Positions 37,010 to 48,277 of a DNA stretch of 64,000 nucleotides are shown piece after piece. The position numbers and the translations under genes were made by a program. Below the pieces are notes generated by a model, which was not told the DNA's origin, searched no databases, and worked only from the letters and a program-made list of their open reading frames with translations. The DNA is from Bryobacterales bacterium (GTDB lineage: Bacteria > Acidobacteriota > Terriglobia > Bryobacterales > UBA6623): contig OZ252030.1 in the NCBI GenBank assembly GCA_965247305.1, positions 3,847,699-3,911,698 of the forward strand, given 5' to 3'. The number at the start of each line of letters is the position of its first letter. Position 1 is the first letter of the stretch.

Positions 37010-38161
37010 CTACACCTCGACCCAGCGCCCGCCGCCCTTCGCGGACTCCGCAGCCGCATGAACTACAGCTACGCTGTGGGCACCCGCCGCCCAGCTCGGA
37101 TACGACAGCGCCAGCGGGTCAGGCGCCCTACCGTCGCGACGAGCAGATAAGACCTCGCCGAGGTCCGCGTACACATTCGCAAACGCACCGAGCATTCCTT
37201 CGGTGTGACCCACAACGATTCGCGACGCCCGCGATGCCTCTGGGAGTAGCCCATCCGCCCCGCGCTCAAGTGCACGGGTCGGTTCCCCGAGGGGCGTCCA
37301 ATAAAGTTGATTGGGCTGCTCTTGCGCCCAACGCAGTCCGCCACGCTCACCAAACACTCTGAGCGTCAAACCGTGCATCTGCCCGACCGCGACCGCGCTG
37401 GTCCACAGCCGCCCGACTTCTCCACCTGTGAACCGCAGCGAAAGCATCGCATCGTCCTCTAGCTCGCGTCCTGCTACGCAAGAAGCGAAATCGGCAGATA
37501 CGCTGCAGACTTCGCGGCCAATCACATAACAAGCCATGTGTAGTGCGTGAATCCCGGCATCCGCCAGCACGGAGCTCACGCCCGCCTGCGCTGGGTCATA
37601 GCGCCAGCGAATGCGAGGGTTGTCACTATCGGCGGCATCCGCATGAGAGCCATGGGCGAACTCGGCGACCACGACGCGAACGCCGCCCAGCTCTCCGGCG
37701 CCAACCATCGCCCGCGCCTGCCGGATCATCGGATAGCCCGAGTACCCATAGTTCACCGCCAGTACGCTGCCACGCTTCTTCGCGAGTGCGACGAGATTTG
37801 CGCTGTCGTCGACCGTAGTCGTTAGCGGTTTCTCACACAAGACGTCAAACCCGGCCTCAAGAAAAGCCTTCGAAATCTCGTAGTGAGTCGAGTTCGGAGT
37901 CGCGACAGTCACCAAGTCTAAACGCTCAGCGTCCGCGGTTCGAGCGCTTTCGGCCGTGAGCATTTGGCGCCAGTCGCCATAGGCGCGCCCGCTATCGATA
38001 CCGCAGCGGATGGCGAACTCGAGTCCGCGCTCAGGATCGATATCTAGGGTCCCCGCAACTAGCTTAAACTTGCGATCCAGCGCCGAGGCGATGCGATGCG
38101 CATCCCCGATTTGACTTCCTTCGCCACCGCCAATAAGACCCCAATTGAGTTGTTGTTCCAT
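37010..38161 (-). CDS. Gfo/Idh/MocA-family NAD(P)-dependent oxidoreductase
   Basis: N-terminal Rossmann LNWGLIGGGEGSQIGDAH. C-terminal alpha/beta domain typical of the family. Confidence 0.8.
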   Translation of the reverse strand: MEQQLNWGLIGGGEGSQIGDAHRIASALDRKFKLVAGTLDIDPERGLEFAIRCGIDSGRAYGDWRQMLTAESARTADAERLDLVTVATPNSTHYEISKAFLEAGFDVLCEKPLTTTVDDSANLVALAKKRGSVLAVNYGYSGYPMIRQARAMVGAGELGGVRVVVAEFAHGSHADAADSDNPRIRWRYDPAQAGVSSVLADAGIHALHMACYVIGREVCSVSADFASCVAGRELEDDAMLSLRFTGGEVGRLWTSAVAVGQMHGLTLRVFGERGGLRWAQEQPNQLYWTPLGEPTRALERGADGLLPEASRASRIVVGHTEGMLGAFANVYADLGEVLSARRDGRAPDPLALSYPSWAAGAHSVAVVHAAAESAKGGGRWVEV

Positions 38162-38243
38162 GCTGCCGATTCATCGAACGCCCGTAATTGGCGCGACTTG
38201 ACAGACTAGCAAATTCACCGAGCCCGTTTGCCTCGATTCATAG

Positions 38244-38900
38244 TTGTCCGAGTATCATGGGGAAAGGACGGCACCGGCGATTGACGTTCGATCATCGTCG
38301 GCGTGGGACGAAACAGTGTCGCGTCAGATAGCCCGCTTACTGCTCTCGACTGCGAACTTCCTAACGCTGCTGCGTCTTCTTGCAACGCCCGTGGTCGTTG
38401 TAATGGTGTGGCGCTCCGCCGAGTCCCCCGAGGTTCGGCCCGCGGTCATCGCTCTCCTTATCTTTCTGCAGGTGACCGATATCCTCGACGGGTTCTTGGC
38501 CCGCGCCGGCCAGCGACATCTTGAAGGTGGCAATCGCTTCGGTGAAATTGTCGACCCGCTAGCGGACAAACTCTATATCGGGGCCGCGTACCTGACGCTC
38601 GCGCTCACCGGCCAATTTTACCTCTGGTTTGCCTGCCTGGTCATCGTACGAGACGTCTCGATCGTGCTGGGGTGGAGCTATATTTTCTATCGCGTCGGGG
38701 TCGCAATCCAACCCAACATTGCAGGCAAAGTCGCCGACAGCTTCCAGGCGATATTCCTCATCGCGATATTTCTGAACCTGTCGCCGCAACTTGTGCTTTT
38801 CGGAACAATAGCGACCGCGGGAATAGTCGTTTTCTCGGGACTTTCCTATGCGATGACGGCCTACCAATCCGTCGGAACGGCCGCGAATTCGAAACCGTAA
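38244..38900 (+). CDS. CDP-alcohol phosphatidyltransferase family membrane protein
   Basis: Signature DGFLARAGQRHLEGGNRFGEIVDPLADKL (D-G-x2-A-R-x8-G-x3-D-x3-D). Multiple TM helices. Confidence 0.8.
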   Translation: MSEYHGERTAPAIDVRSSSAWDETVSRQIARLLLSTANFLTLLRLLATPVVVVMVWRSAESPEVRPAVIALLIFLQVTDILDGFLARAGQRHLEGGNRFGEIVDPLADKLYIGAAYLTLALTGQFYLWFACLVIVRDVSIVLGWSYIFYRVGVAIQPNIAGKVADSFQAIFLIAIFLNLSPQLVLFGTIATAGIVVFSGLSYAMTAYQSVGTAANSKP

Positions 38901-38982
38901 GGTAACGGCTCGTGGCAAAAGTCAGGCGGCCCGCGGGACTCTGACCACGGGCTGTTAGACTAAGCGGCATCAGATCAATCGG

Positions 38983-39813
38983 ATGGTCGATCTGCACTCA
39001 CATACAGACCGCTCCGACGGGACACTCAGCCCGGAGGATCTCATTGACCTCGCGGTCAAACGCGGACTACGCGCGCTGGTGATTACCGATCACGATTGCC
39101 TGACCGGCTACGACGTCGCTGCGCCATACGCCTCATCGCAGCCCATTGACCTGGTCTGCGGAGTTGAACTCAGCGCAAAATATAGCGGCGAAACAATCCA
39201 TGTGCTCGGCTATTTCCTCAACACGCCGCCGACCTCGGAATTCCGCGACCACCTGTCATGCCTAAAGAAATCCAGGCGGCAGCGAAACGAACGACTCGCG
39301 GAAAAGCTCGCCTCGCTTGGCCTCGAAATTACGTTAGCTGAAGCGGAATCACTCGGAGCCGGTCAGACAGGCCGCCCGCATTTCGCCCAGGTACTGGTTG
39401 AAAAGGGTTATGCCACTGATCTGCGTGAAGCCTTCACTCTCTATCTTGATGAGGCTGCCGAAGGCTTCGTGCCGAGGCAAGAGGCCACGATCGAAAACGT
39501 TTTGCTGTGGATCAATTGTGCCGGAGGAATCTCATCATGGGCCCACCCCGGACGGTTCATCGAGCGCCACGGCCGCAAGGCGTTACCGTACCTGTCCGAG
39601 CTAAAAGCGAAGGGCCTCGACGCGGTCAAAGTTTTCCACCGCGACCACTCGCAGTCGCAGAGCGACCGTTTGAGAACAGCGGCTTCAGACCTCAGCCTCG
39701 CGATAACCGGCGGCAGCGACTATCACGGCCGCTCATTCGACGAACCGTCGCTAGGCTCGCAACGGCTACCGGACTCCCTGCTTAACGAGCTGCGGAAGCT
39801 GAACCAGCGCTAG
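38983..39813 (+). CDS. PHP-domain metal-dependent phosphoesterase
   Basis: MVDLHSHTDRSDGTLSPEDL..ALVITDHD motif set of the PHP family. Confidence 0.8.
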   Translation: MVDLHSHTDRSDGTLSPEDLIDLAVKRGLRALVITDHDCLTGYDVAAPYASSQPIDLVCGVELSAKYSGETIHVLGYFLNTPPTSEFRDHLSCLKKSRRQRNERLAEKLASLGLEITLAEAESLGAGQTGRPHFAQVLVEKGYATDLREAFTLYLDEAAEGFVPRQEATIENVLLWINCAGGISSWAHPGRFIERHGRKALPYLSELKAKGLDAVKVFHRDHSQSQSDRLRTAASDLSLAITGGSDYHGRSFDEPSLGSQRLPDSLLNELRKLNQR

Positions 39814-39978
39814 AAATGCTCTAGAGCATTTTCATTAACGGCGTAGACCGCTCGTGAATGAAAAGCGGTGAGGCCGGCAACTTCTTGAGACTAGATTCCG
39901 CTGTCCTTTACAGTCGCGCCTCCGATTTTCACGAGCTTGGTGCTGGGGCAAGCACTCTGTCCCATTCCTGAATATGCT

Positions 39979-40983
39979 CTAGCGTAAACGCGAGCGCCGA
40001 TCGACCTGTTCGATGTTAAGCCGCTGCATCTCGGCGCCGGCCGAGGCGAAAATCGATTCCGGAGCAAACTTGCCCGCGAGCTTGCGCGCCACGGCAACCA
40101 AGATGCCGCCTAAGACCATCAGACACGCCAAGATTCCGCAGAGTAAAAACGAATCGAGCACAATATTTCTGAGGCTGTCGTAGCGGCCGGCCGGTTGATG
40201 ATTCAACGTCACATCGGCCCTGTAGCGGATCGACGCCAGCAGCCGCTGGGCCTCGTCTGGAGAAGTCGGCTCGATCACAGCCGAGATTAGCGGGCCGTCG
40301 CGCTTAGCAACGATGTTCTCGACGCCGTAGAATGCGTCAATCTGCCCGCGAGCTATCTGTGCGGACGGATAGCTGAATATCATCATCCGCATTTCGCCTT
40401 CGGGCGTCTGGTATGAACCGAAATGGCCCTCGGTGCCAAAGTGAAAACCGACGACAGACGGCGGTAACATCGGCGCCACTCTTTCCAACGAATTCGGGCC
40501 AAGAACGTAGCGCGATGAGTCCGCCACGAGCGAGTCCTCGGGCACGTAGTTCAATAGCGGCGGATCGCTAGTCAATTGCGGGCGAGGTAGATAGGCCAGG
40601 CCGATCTCGATGTCGTCGTCCTCGGGAAGACTGCCGGTTAGTTCGAGCAAATAGTTGCCGAAATGAATCAGCGTGTAGTTCTGCTTCTCGACGGCCCGTT
40701 CGCCGCGGAGCACTTCCGTCGCGCCGGAGGGCTTGAGCCATTGATACGCCGCAAACGCACCAGTGTCGTCGTAGAACTGCCAGGCCCGTACCTCGACCGA
40801 AAGTCCGCCGGCGGTACGATACTCCGCCCGCTCGCCTTCTTCGAAGCCAAACTCTTCGTAGAGCGCCGCATCGTCGGGCGTGTAGGCCGAAGCCTCGCCC
40901 CGTTCAAAAGCCCCCATCGCATCATGAAGAAGCGCGGCCGGCGAGAGTGCGACCACCGACAAGAACGCCAGTATCAATTTCAT
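39979..40983 (-). CDS. secreted/membrane-anchored hypothetical protein
   Basis: Start moved to the internal MKLILAFLSVVALSPAAL (signal peptide), because the longer ORF overlaps secA by 82 nt. C-terminal TM helix. Confidence 0.5.
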   Translation of the reverse strand: MKLILAFLSVVALSPAALLHDAMGAFERGEASAYTPDDAALYEEFGFEEGERAEYRTAGGLSVEVRAWQFYDDTGAFAAYQWLKPSGATEVLRGERAVEKQNYTLIHFGNYLLELTGSLPEDDDIEIGLAYLPRPQLTSDPPLLNYVPEDSLVADSSRYVLGPNSLERVAPMLPPSVVGFHFGTEGHFGSYQTPEGEMRMMIFSYPSAQIARGQIDAFYGVENIVAKRDGPLISAVIEPTSPDEAQRLLASIRYRADVTLNHQPAGRYDSLRNIVLDSFLLCGILACLMVLGGILVAVARKLAGKFAPESIFASAGAEMQRLNIEQVDRRSRLR

Positions 40984-41038
40984 GGGTGTCACTATTCTGA
41001 CTCCGGAAGTGCTCAAAAAGTTCCCCACTCCGGCTCGC

Positions 41039-43855
41039 TTAGGCCGTCTTGCCGTGGCACTTCTTATACTTTTTTCCGCTGCCGCAGGGGCACTCTTCGT
41101 TCCGGCCGATCTTTTTGCCACGAACGATCTGCTTCACCTCAACGGAGGCATCTCCAGCGCCCGCTAGCTTGACCTGCGCCAATTCCTTTTCCTTGCGCCG
41201 TCGAACGTCGCGCGTGAATGCCTCAATTGAACCGCCGCCGCCCGGTACTTTGTCTTCTTCTCGAGCACTCGCTCCGTTGGTTGAGTTGGAATCACTGCCC
41301 GGCCGCGTTCCGATCTGAGGCGCCGCAGCCGCGTCACTTCTGGCGGCCGGCTGCAGATGAAATAGAATCTTGAGCGTCTCATCCTCGAAATTCGCCATCA
41401 TGGTCTGGAAGATGTCGAACGATTCCTTCTTGTATTCGATCAGCGGATCTTTTTGACCGTAGCCCCGTAGACCGATGCCTTCTTTCAGATGGTCCATCGA
41501 CAACAGATGGTCTTTCCACTGTTGGTCGAGCAACTGCAACATAATCATGCGCTCGGAATAACGCATGCGCTCGTCGCCGAGAGCCTTCGCCTTTGTCTCG
41601 TACTTGAGGCACAGGAATTCAGTGATCTCGTCGGCAATTTCTTGCGGATCAAGCCCCTGCAAATCGAGGTCGTCGATCTTTGCCCCGAACTGGGTTGCGA
41701 TGCTCGTTGCGAGACCCGCGATGTCGTAGGTATCGGGATGGGCCTTTTCAGGGCAACATTCGTCGACGAAACGCCCCACCGCGTCCCCGGCTAGACCCAA
41801 GATGTACTCGCGCTGATCTTTCCCTTGCAGTAGTCTGCGGCGCGTGCCGTAGACGGCCTCGCGCTGCTTGTTCATCACGTCGTCGTATTCGAGAAGGTGT
41901 TTGCGAGCTGCAAAGTTTTGCGCCTCGACCGCCTTCTGCGCCGCCTCGATGCGTTTCGTGATCAAGCGCGACTCAATCGGAACGTCCTCTTCCATGCCCA
42001 GCCTAAGCATCAAGTTTTGGATTTTCTCGCCACCGAAGATTCGCAGCAGGTCATCTTGCAACGACAGGTAGAAGCGCGAAGCACCGGGGTCGCCCTGGCG
42101 TCCGGAGCGGCCACGGAGCTGGTTGTCGATTCGCCGTGACTCGTGACGCTCCGTGGCTAAGACGTGTAACCCGCCGGCGGCAACGACATCATCGTGTTCT
42201 CGGTCGGTCTCGACCTTGAATCTCTCGACCGACTTTCCCCACTCCCGCCGGTTGTCCGGATTATCGGGATCGATGCCCTTCTTTAGCAGCGCCTCACGCG
42301 CCAGAGCCTCGGGATTGCCGCCAAGCAAGATGTCGGTGCCGCGGCCGGCCATGTTGGTCGATACAGTAATCGCCCCTTTGCGGCCCGCCTGGGCGATGAT
42401 TTTCGCCTCGCGCTCGTGGTGCTTGGCGTTCAAGATTTCGTGCTTGACGCCCATTTTCTTCAGATGCTTCGAAAGAAGCTCTGACTTGCTGATCGAAATC
42501 GTGCCCACCAAAACCGGCTGCCCGTTGTCTTGGCACTCCTTGATTTCTACGGCAGCGTTGCGCCACTTCTCGTCTTCCGTGCGGTAGACAACATCTTGGT
42601 GTTCCAAGCGAACAAGCGGCCGGTTCGTCGGGATCACAACAACGTCAAGCTCATAAATTTTGCTGAACTCGGCGGCTTCAGTGTCCGCCGTACCCGTCAT
42701 GCCGGCAAGCTTGTCGTACATCCTGAAGTAGTTTTGAAAGGTGATCGTCGCGAGTGTTTGGTTTTCGCGCTCGATCTTGACTTTCTCTTTGGCTTCGACC
42801 GCCTGGTGCAACCCGTCGGACCAGCGGCGCCCCGGCATCAGACGTCCTGTGAATTCGTCAACGATAATCACCTGGCCATCTTTGACCACGTAGTCTTTGT
42901 CGCGCTCAAAAACAACGAACGCCTTGAGAGCTTGTTCCACGGCGTGTTTGATGTCGTAGTTGGCGAGCTCGTTAATGTTGTCGATCTTGAGAAACTCCTC
43001 GACCTTCGCCTCACCCCGCTCCGTTAGCCATGCTGAGCGATGCTTTTCCTCAAGAATGAAGTCACCCGTATAGGTACGGTCACCGGGCTCGTCGCCTTCG
43101 ATGGTCTCGCCTCGTTCAAGCTTGGGGATAACCCGGTTGACCTGGTAGTATTTGTCGGTTGAGACCTCTGAAGGACCGGAAATAATCAGCGGCGTTCGCG
43201 CTTCGTCAACCAGAATGGAATCAACCTCGTCGACGATCGCGAAATAGTGCGGACGCTGCACCATGTCGGCCGCGTCAAACTTCATGTTGTCGCGAAGATA
43301 GTCGAATCCGAACTCGTTGTTCGTGCCGTAGGTAATGTCGGCACCGTATCCGTCGCGGCGTTCTTGATCGCTCAGGTCGTGGACAATGATGCCAACGGAT
43401 AGCCCGAGCCAGTCGTAGAGCCGGCCCATCCACTCGGCATCGCGCCGCGCGAGGTAGTCGTTGACGGTGACAACGTGCACTCCCTTGCCCGCTAGACCAT
43501 TCAAATACACGGCAAGCGTCGCAGTAAGAGTCTTGCCCTCACCGGTCTTCATTTCGGCGATCTTTCCCTGGTGCAACACCATTCCGCCGATCATCTGGAC
43601 GTCGTAGTGACGCATGCCCATAACCCGCCAAGCTGCCTCGCGGCAAACGGCAAACGCCTCTGGCAGCAGGTCGTCGAGCGTTTCTCCTTTGGCAAGGCGC
43701 TCTTTGAACTCCGAGGTCTTCGCCTTCAGATCGCCGTCACGTAGTGGCTCAATCGCTGGTCGGAAATCGTTAATTTCCTGGACACGGGGCAACAATCGCT
43801 TGATCTCGCGATCGTGCTTGGTGCCAAAAATCTTGGCTAAAGCGGTATCGAGCAT
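41039..43855 (-). CDS. secA: preprotein translocase ATPase SecA
   Basis: Full-length SecA with DEAD-motor motifs (Walker A GEGKTL), a preprotein cross-linking domain and a C-terminal zinc finger [14 protein letters not shown]. The likely start is [11 protein letters not shown]. Confidence 0.95.
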   Translation of the reverse strand: MLDTALAKIFGTKHDREIKRLLPRVQEINDFRPAIEPLRDGDLKAKTSEFKERLAKGETLDDLLPEAFAVCREAAWRVMGMRHYDVQMIGGMVLHQGKIAEMKTGEGKTLTATLAVYLNGLAGKGVHVVTVNDYLARRDAEWMGRLYDWLGLSVGIIVHDLSDQERRDGYGADITYGTNNEFGFDYLRDNMKFDAADMVQRPHYFAIVDEVDSILVDEARTPLIISGPSEVSTDKYYQVNRVIPKLERGETIEGDEPGDRTYTGDFILEEKHRSAWLTERGEAKVEEFLKIDNINELANYDIKHAVEQALKAFVVFERDKDYVVKDGQVIIVDEFTGRLMPGRRWSDGLHQAVEAKEKVKIERENQTLATITFQNYFRMYDKLAGMTGTADTEAAEFSKIYELDVVVIPTNRPLVRLEHQDVVYRTEDEKWRNAAVEIKECQDNGQPVLVGTISISKSELLSKHLKKMGVKHEILNAKHHEREAKIIAQAGRKGAITVSTNMAGRGTDILLGGNPEALAREALLKKGIDPDNPDNRREWGKSVERFKVETDREHDDVVAAGGLHVLATERHESRRIDNQLRGRSGRQGDPGASRFYLSLQDDLLRIFGGEKIQNLMLRLGMEEDVPIESRLITKRIEAAQKAVEAQNFAARKHLLEYDDVMNKQREAVYGTRRRLLQGKDQREYILGLAGDAVGRFVDECCPEKAHPDTYDIAGLATSIATQFGAKIDDLDLQGLDPQEIADEITEFLCLKYETKAKALGDERMRYSERMIMLQLLDQQWKDHLLSMDHLKEGIGLRGYGQKDPLIEYKKESFDIFQTMMANFEDETLKILFHLQPAARSDAAAAPQIGTRPGSDSNSTNGASAREEDKVPGGGGSIEAFTRDVRRRKEKELAQVKLAGAGDASVEVKQIVRGKKIGRNEECPCGSGKKYKKCHGKTA

Positions 43856-44186
43856 GAACGGGTGGAGGCGGATTCCGCCAATTGTTATTGTAGCGAGTCG
43901 CTTTAGCGGCAACGGGCTCGAACGTGGCTCAACTAGGCATTACCACCCCCAAGGTGGCGGCCCGATGCGAAGCGACGCGATTTCACCTTGCAGACGTGGT
44001 AGCCGGGCAAACATTGCCGCGGTGCGAAAGACTTTCGTTTGCCGCGACGGTTGGCTGTGGCCTACGGCTCAACGTGATATCTCGCGTAGGTCACACCTCC
44101 GGCCGCGCCTGATCGATCGTGCGAGAAACTCGCTATGTCACCAGGTAGTTACTGAGGCGATGGGTAGTGCCGCAGTCGCAACCTTG

Positions 44187-46198
44187 GGGGCTGTGAGAAA
44201 ACCTCCCCTAGGCGTAGCAAGCTACGCCCTGGAGTTTGGCTGTTCAAAGAGGGTTGAAGTTTGGGGTAGGGTGCGGAAATAGGGGATTGGCGTTAGCCGG
44301 AAGCGTAGATTGCTGCAGGCGGAGCGCCTCTTGGGAGTTTCTGCAGCTTCGTGTTGGATTGCGAAGTGTTCCGCAAGCCGCAGAAATGTTGCCGCTGCAC
44401 GCCGTCCGCCCAAAGCTCGGCCCGCAGGTGGCTGATCAGCCGTTGCGTGGTGAGCCGTTGCGGCTGCGAGCGGCGTCGCCAGTGCGGTCGCGGCAAGGCG
44501 TCGTCCACGCCCTGTTGGCGGCTCCAACTCGCGCCCGCCAACAGCAGTAGCGCATACACCGCCGTCATAAATTGAGGGACCCGCTCGACCGCGTCCGGCT
44601 GCCGCACCTGCGCCTGTCCGACTCCCAACAGCGTCTTCTGCTCACGGAAGTTGACCTCGATCTCCCAGCGCCAAACGTACTGCCGCACGATCTGCTCCAG
44701 CCCCAAACTCGGATCGCTGACAATCAAATACGCCGGCTTGCGATACAGCACCTTCGAGCCCGCCCGCGGCCGATAACCCAACGGTGCGATCACCACCAAA
44801 CGCAAGTCCCGCTTGCCTCCCGCCGGCCGCCAACGCAGCGGCGCGAGCGTCTTCACTTTGAACTGGTGCAGGCTGCCGGCGGCAAAAACCTCGACCGTTT
44901 GCCACGGCACGTTGTCGTCCTGGCGGAGTTGCTCGGGCGTCGGCGCGCGTTCGCCGTAACAACGCCTGCGGCCTTTGCCGGGCTGCTCGAGGGGCAGATG
45001 ATACAGCTTGGCGTCGGAACGAATGCGGCCGATCAACGTCACCTCGGCGGGCAACGATCCGAACACCGTGCGGTTGGTGTAAGCGCCATCAACGACGAGG
45101 TGCAAGGCTCTGTCAGCGCCTCCGGGATCGGCGTTCATGGCCTCGCGCAAGCGCGCGATGTGCCTGGCGGCGAGGGCCGTTAAGCTGCACTTGCGAGCCT
45201 CGCGCCGGTACTGTTTCCAAACCTCGTCCGTGGCCTTCTTCGACGGTCGGCGCGGAGTCGGCGCGTGTTCCAAGCCGATCGGAATGAGTCGCGCCGGCTG
45301 CTGCCGCTCGCTGGGAGGCAGTGCTGCCGAGAACTGCAAGAAGCGCTGCGCGAGAATCAAGTTGGCCTGAAACTTGGGTCCAAGCGGATCGCGCCGCCAA
45401 CTCACGCCGGGCGTTTTGAGACTCGACTTGGCGAGCAGTGTATCGTCGATGGCGACGACCAAGGGAGCCTCGGGCGGCAAGCGAGCGAGCACCTCGCGGC
45501 GCGAGGCATCGAGCAGGCGTTGCGGCTCGACGCGTTGTTGCGAGAACAGGCGGTAGCCGGCGCTCCAGTCCTGAAAGCTCTCGCCGGAGGCATGTAGCAG
45601 GCCGGTGATGGTGGAGCGGCCGAGGCAGACGGCGGCACCGAGAGCGAGGCGGGTGAGGTGGTCGTTCACGCTTTGTCGGGCGTGGGGGTTGAGGCCTTTG
45701 GCGAAGAGTCGGGAGAAGGTGTCGACGACTCGATCGGGAGTTTTTTTTCAACTCGATGGGCGGAGGTTGCAAACGATTGAGCACGAGTTGGGAGCGGTCG
45801 AGCAGGATCCATTCGAGCTGTTCGCCGGGCTGGAAGTCGAGCATCTGAGCGCTGGCGGAGGGGAAGTTGACATAGAACTGTTGGGAAGCCTTGCGCTTGA
45901 TCAACTGCAGTTTGGTGGGGAAGGACATGAGGTCTCCTTGGAAATGAATCTAGTTACACAACAAGCTAAACAACTAGATACAAGAATACCTCAAAATGTT
46001 TTGAGACACAAGCATTCTCAGATCCCTCACAACTCAAGAACGTGCTTACCGCGCGTCCCATCTAGTGAAAGACCAAACTCCAGCGGGCGTAGCAAGCTAC
46101 GCCCCTAAAAATAACTTGCTTGTTATCAGCGCTGTAGGGGTGCGACATGTCGCACCCTCGGACGGCCGCAAAGCTAACCGAGGTTTTTTCACAGCCCC
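44187..46198 (-). mobile_element. roughly 2 kb IS with about 50-bp terminal inverted repeats and a frameshifted DDE transposase
   Basis: Left IR GGGGCTGTGAGAAAACCTCCCCTAGGCGTAGCAAGCTACGCCCTGGAGTTTGG (44187..44240). The right IR is split into 46073..46106 and 46181..46198 by a roughly 75-bp insert. That insert contains the palindrome GGGGTGCGACATGTCGCACCCC. Confidence 0.7.
44293..45928 (-). pseudogene. DDE transposase (IS4/IS701-like superfamily), two frames joined at an A8 run
   Basis: The N-terminal 60 aa (MSFPTKLQLIKRK...PPPIEL) are in one frame. The 458-aa body (..NDHLTRLALG.. DDE core) is in the +1 frame. The switch is at A8 (T8 on the plus strand, 45741..45748). TGA closes the body frame immediately 5' of the run. 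Confidence 0.65.
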
Positions 46199-46321
46199 TT
46201 GCGGTTGCGGCACCGTTGTTTCGGCTCGCTATTTCCTCCGCATTTGGGAGAAATTTGAAGTTTCAGGCTAGCCCGGCCACCGCCCGCCTTGGTTGGGCGG
46301 ATCATCCAAGGGAGAAACTTG

Positions 46322-46405
46322 AGATACAAGCGAGGCGACGCGGCTCGGTATCGCGAACGGTTTCGTCCAACAAGTAGCTTGGCGAGCAGCTTGAAAAATC
46401 AAGTT
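46322..46405 (+). repeat. R3 repeat, copy 1 (about 80 nt)
   Basis: cg.ggctcggtatcgcgaacggtttcgtccaacaagtagc.tggcg.gcagcttg.aaaatcaagtttcgg. About 90% identical to 55371..55455. Confidence 0.75.
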
Positions 46406-46473
46406 TCGGATCAGTTGAGCTGGCTCAACGTTGACACTGTTACGCTTGTCACGCAGAATCAAATCGACAGAAC

Positions 46474-47418
46474 ATGCTGGAGGAGCTGCCGATGATACAG
46501 TACGGAAAATCCACTTGTTGGCGATTCCATCGACTCACCCTAGTTCTGCTGCCACTATCCGTTGCTTTCGCGCTACAAGCCCAAGACACAAAAATTACGC
46601 CGGAAGAGTTTATTGCGCGCCATCTTGAATCCATCGGCCCCGCTGATGCGCGTCAAAGGCTCAAGACCAGAGCATACGCCGGCGAGGGGATCTGGCGGGT
46701 GATCTTGGGAGGCGTGGGCCAAGTCTCGGGACAGGTGTTTTTCGCCTCATCGCATGACACTACTGACGTTAGTTTCGATAGCGGTTCCAACCAGTCCTTT
46801 TACGGTGAGCGATTTAGCTTCGACGGCAGGAAAGCCCTCGTGAAGCGAGCCTTTCCACGCGAACACTCCGTGCTCGGCCGGTTCATCCAAACCAATACTC
46901 ACATCCTCTCCGAAGGCCTCCTCGGTGGCACCGCGGGCCTCAGTTGGCCGTTGCAGGATTTAGCCGCAAGGAGAGCGAAGGTCAAGTACCGCGGGTTGAC
47001 CGATGTCGACGGCCGGCCGCTGTACCGTCTCGACTATCAGCCGAGGAAACGCAAAGGCGACCTCAAGATCGAGCTGTATTTCGAACCTGAAACCTATCGT
47101 CACGTGCGGACCGAATACCTCGACAGCGTTCCGGCGGGAATCGGGGCAGAGCCGGACCCCTTTCGGTCGTCAGTGCCTAATGCGCCGCGCGATCCGCAGA
47201 TCGCTCGAATGCAGCACAGCATCATTCGATTGACCGAGACATTCGACGACTTTCAACCGGCGGAAGGAATCATGTTGCCGGTGTTGTGGAAGCTGCGCCT
47301 GGACATCTTCAAGGAAGGTCGGATTGGCAATTTGCCGAACGTTTCGGAGATGGAGTTGAATTTTCAGCAAGTCCATCACAACGGGCCCATCGATCGCGAG
47401 TCATTCGAGAGTCAATAG
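46474..47418 (+). CDS. secreted hypothetical protein
   Basis: Signal peptide (..RLTLVLLPLSVAFALQAQD). 314 aa. No catalytic motif recognised. Confidence 0.55.
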   Translation: MLEELPMIQYGKSTCWRFHRLTLVLLPLSVAFALQAQDTKITPEEFIARHLESIGPADARQRLKTRAYAGEGIWRVILGGVGQVSGQVFFASSHDTTDVSFDSGSNQSFYGERFSFDGRKALVKRAFPREHSVLGRFIQTNTHILSEGLLGGTAGLSWPLQDLAARRAKVKYRGLTDVDGRPLYRLDYQPRKRKGDLKIELYFEPETYRHVRTEYLDSVPAGIGAEPDPFRSSVPNAPRDPQIARMQHSIIRLTETFDDFQPAEGIMLPVLWKLRLDIFKEGRIGNLPNVSEMELNFQQVHHNGPIDRESFESQ

Positions 47419-47574
47419 CGCACGGCAAGAAACTTGCGAGACGGAGCGGTATTGCAGTGGGACAAAGATGCAGGCTCGGCGCACTCCGTTACCGCGCGGC
47501 TCAACCCTAGCCCGCGCGACGGTTACTCCACCGCGTTCGCGACTTTCGTGCTGAAACAGGTGGACGATCCGCTA

Positions 47575-47753
47575 GCCCGCATTTCTCACCACCTGACGGC
47601 GAAAGCACGCGAGAGGTGCGCCACTACTTCGTTGCGCTCGATCGCGAGTGCTCGACGGACTGTCAAGTACGCCTCCGCGCGCCGACCGTCGCCCGCCTCG
47701 TATTGACGCACCTCTCACCCACTTTCGCTCGCCACGTGGTGAGAAATGCGGGC
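47575..47753. mobile_element. MITE copy 2 (perfect 18-bp TIR GCCCGCATTTCTCACCAC, TA flanks)
   Basis: Terminal inverted repeats at 47575..47592 and 47736..47753. The flanks are ..ccgcTA | ... | TAgccgc. Confidence 0.8.
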
Positions 47754-48277
47754 TAGCCGCCGCGTCAGTCGAGCGCGGCGTTCGATGGCTCCGGCGGAAC
47801 CAGTAGGCTGACCGCCGTTGGGACGCGGTTTCGGCGAACAAAGATCGCAGCGGCCAGGAGGCATTCAGGCGGCTTTTGATGTCGGACGCGGCGACGGGAT
47901 TTGCCCTATTGGCGCTGACATCGAGTGAGCCTTGACCGCTCGCGGGGCATTGCTGGTGTAGAGGCGCCTCCGCTCGATCGCGGTTCGCTCGTGTCAGCAG
48001 GCGAGATCGACTTTTGATGACAATCGCTCAATCGTCACGGGGGGAACCGGGGGTCATCGAGCGATCCGAATTCCTAGCTAGACGCACGCTGACGCTATTT
48101 ATAGTTTCTTTCATGCGAGCGGTCGTGTTCGCGAAGCCACTGATCCACGCTAACCAGCAACACCGGCGCGGCACTGCAAAAAGATGATTATTGTCGACAA
48201 TTTATTTGCTCTGGCGGTAAACTCCTGTAAGCTAATGGTCTAGTGAGGTACTGGGTCCAAAGTAGGGCGCAAGGCGG

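Noticed and set aside
46268-46462. ORFs 46268..46462(-) and 55253..55444(-) sharing ..IFQAARQATCWTKPFAIPSR..
   Set aside because: Artefacts of the R3 repeat.
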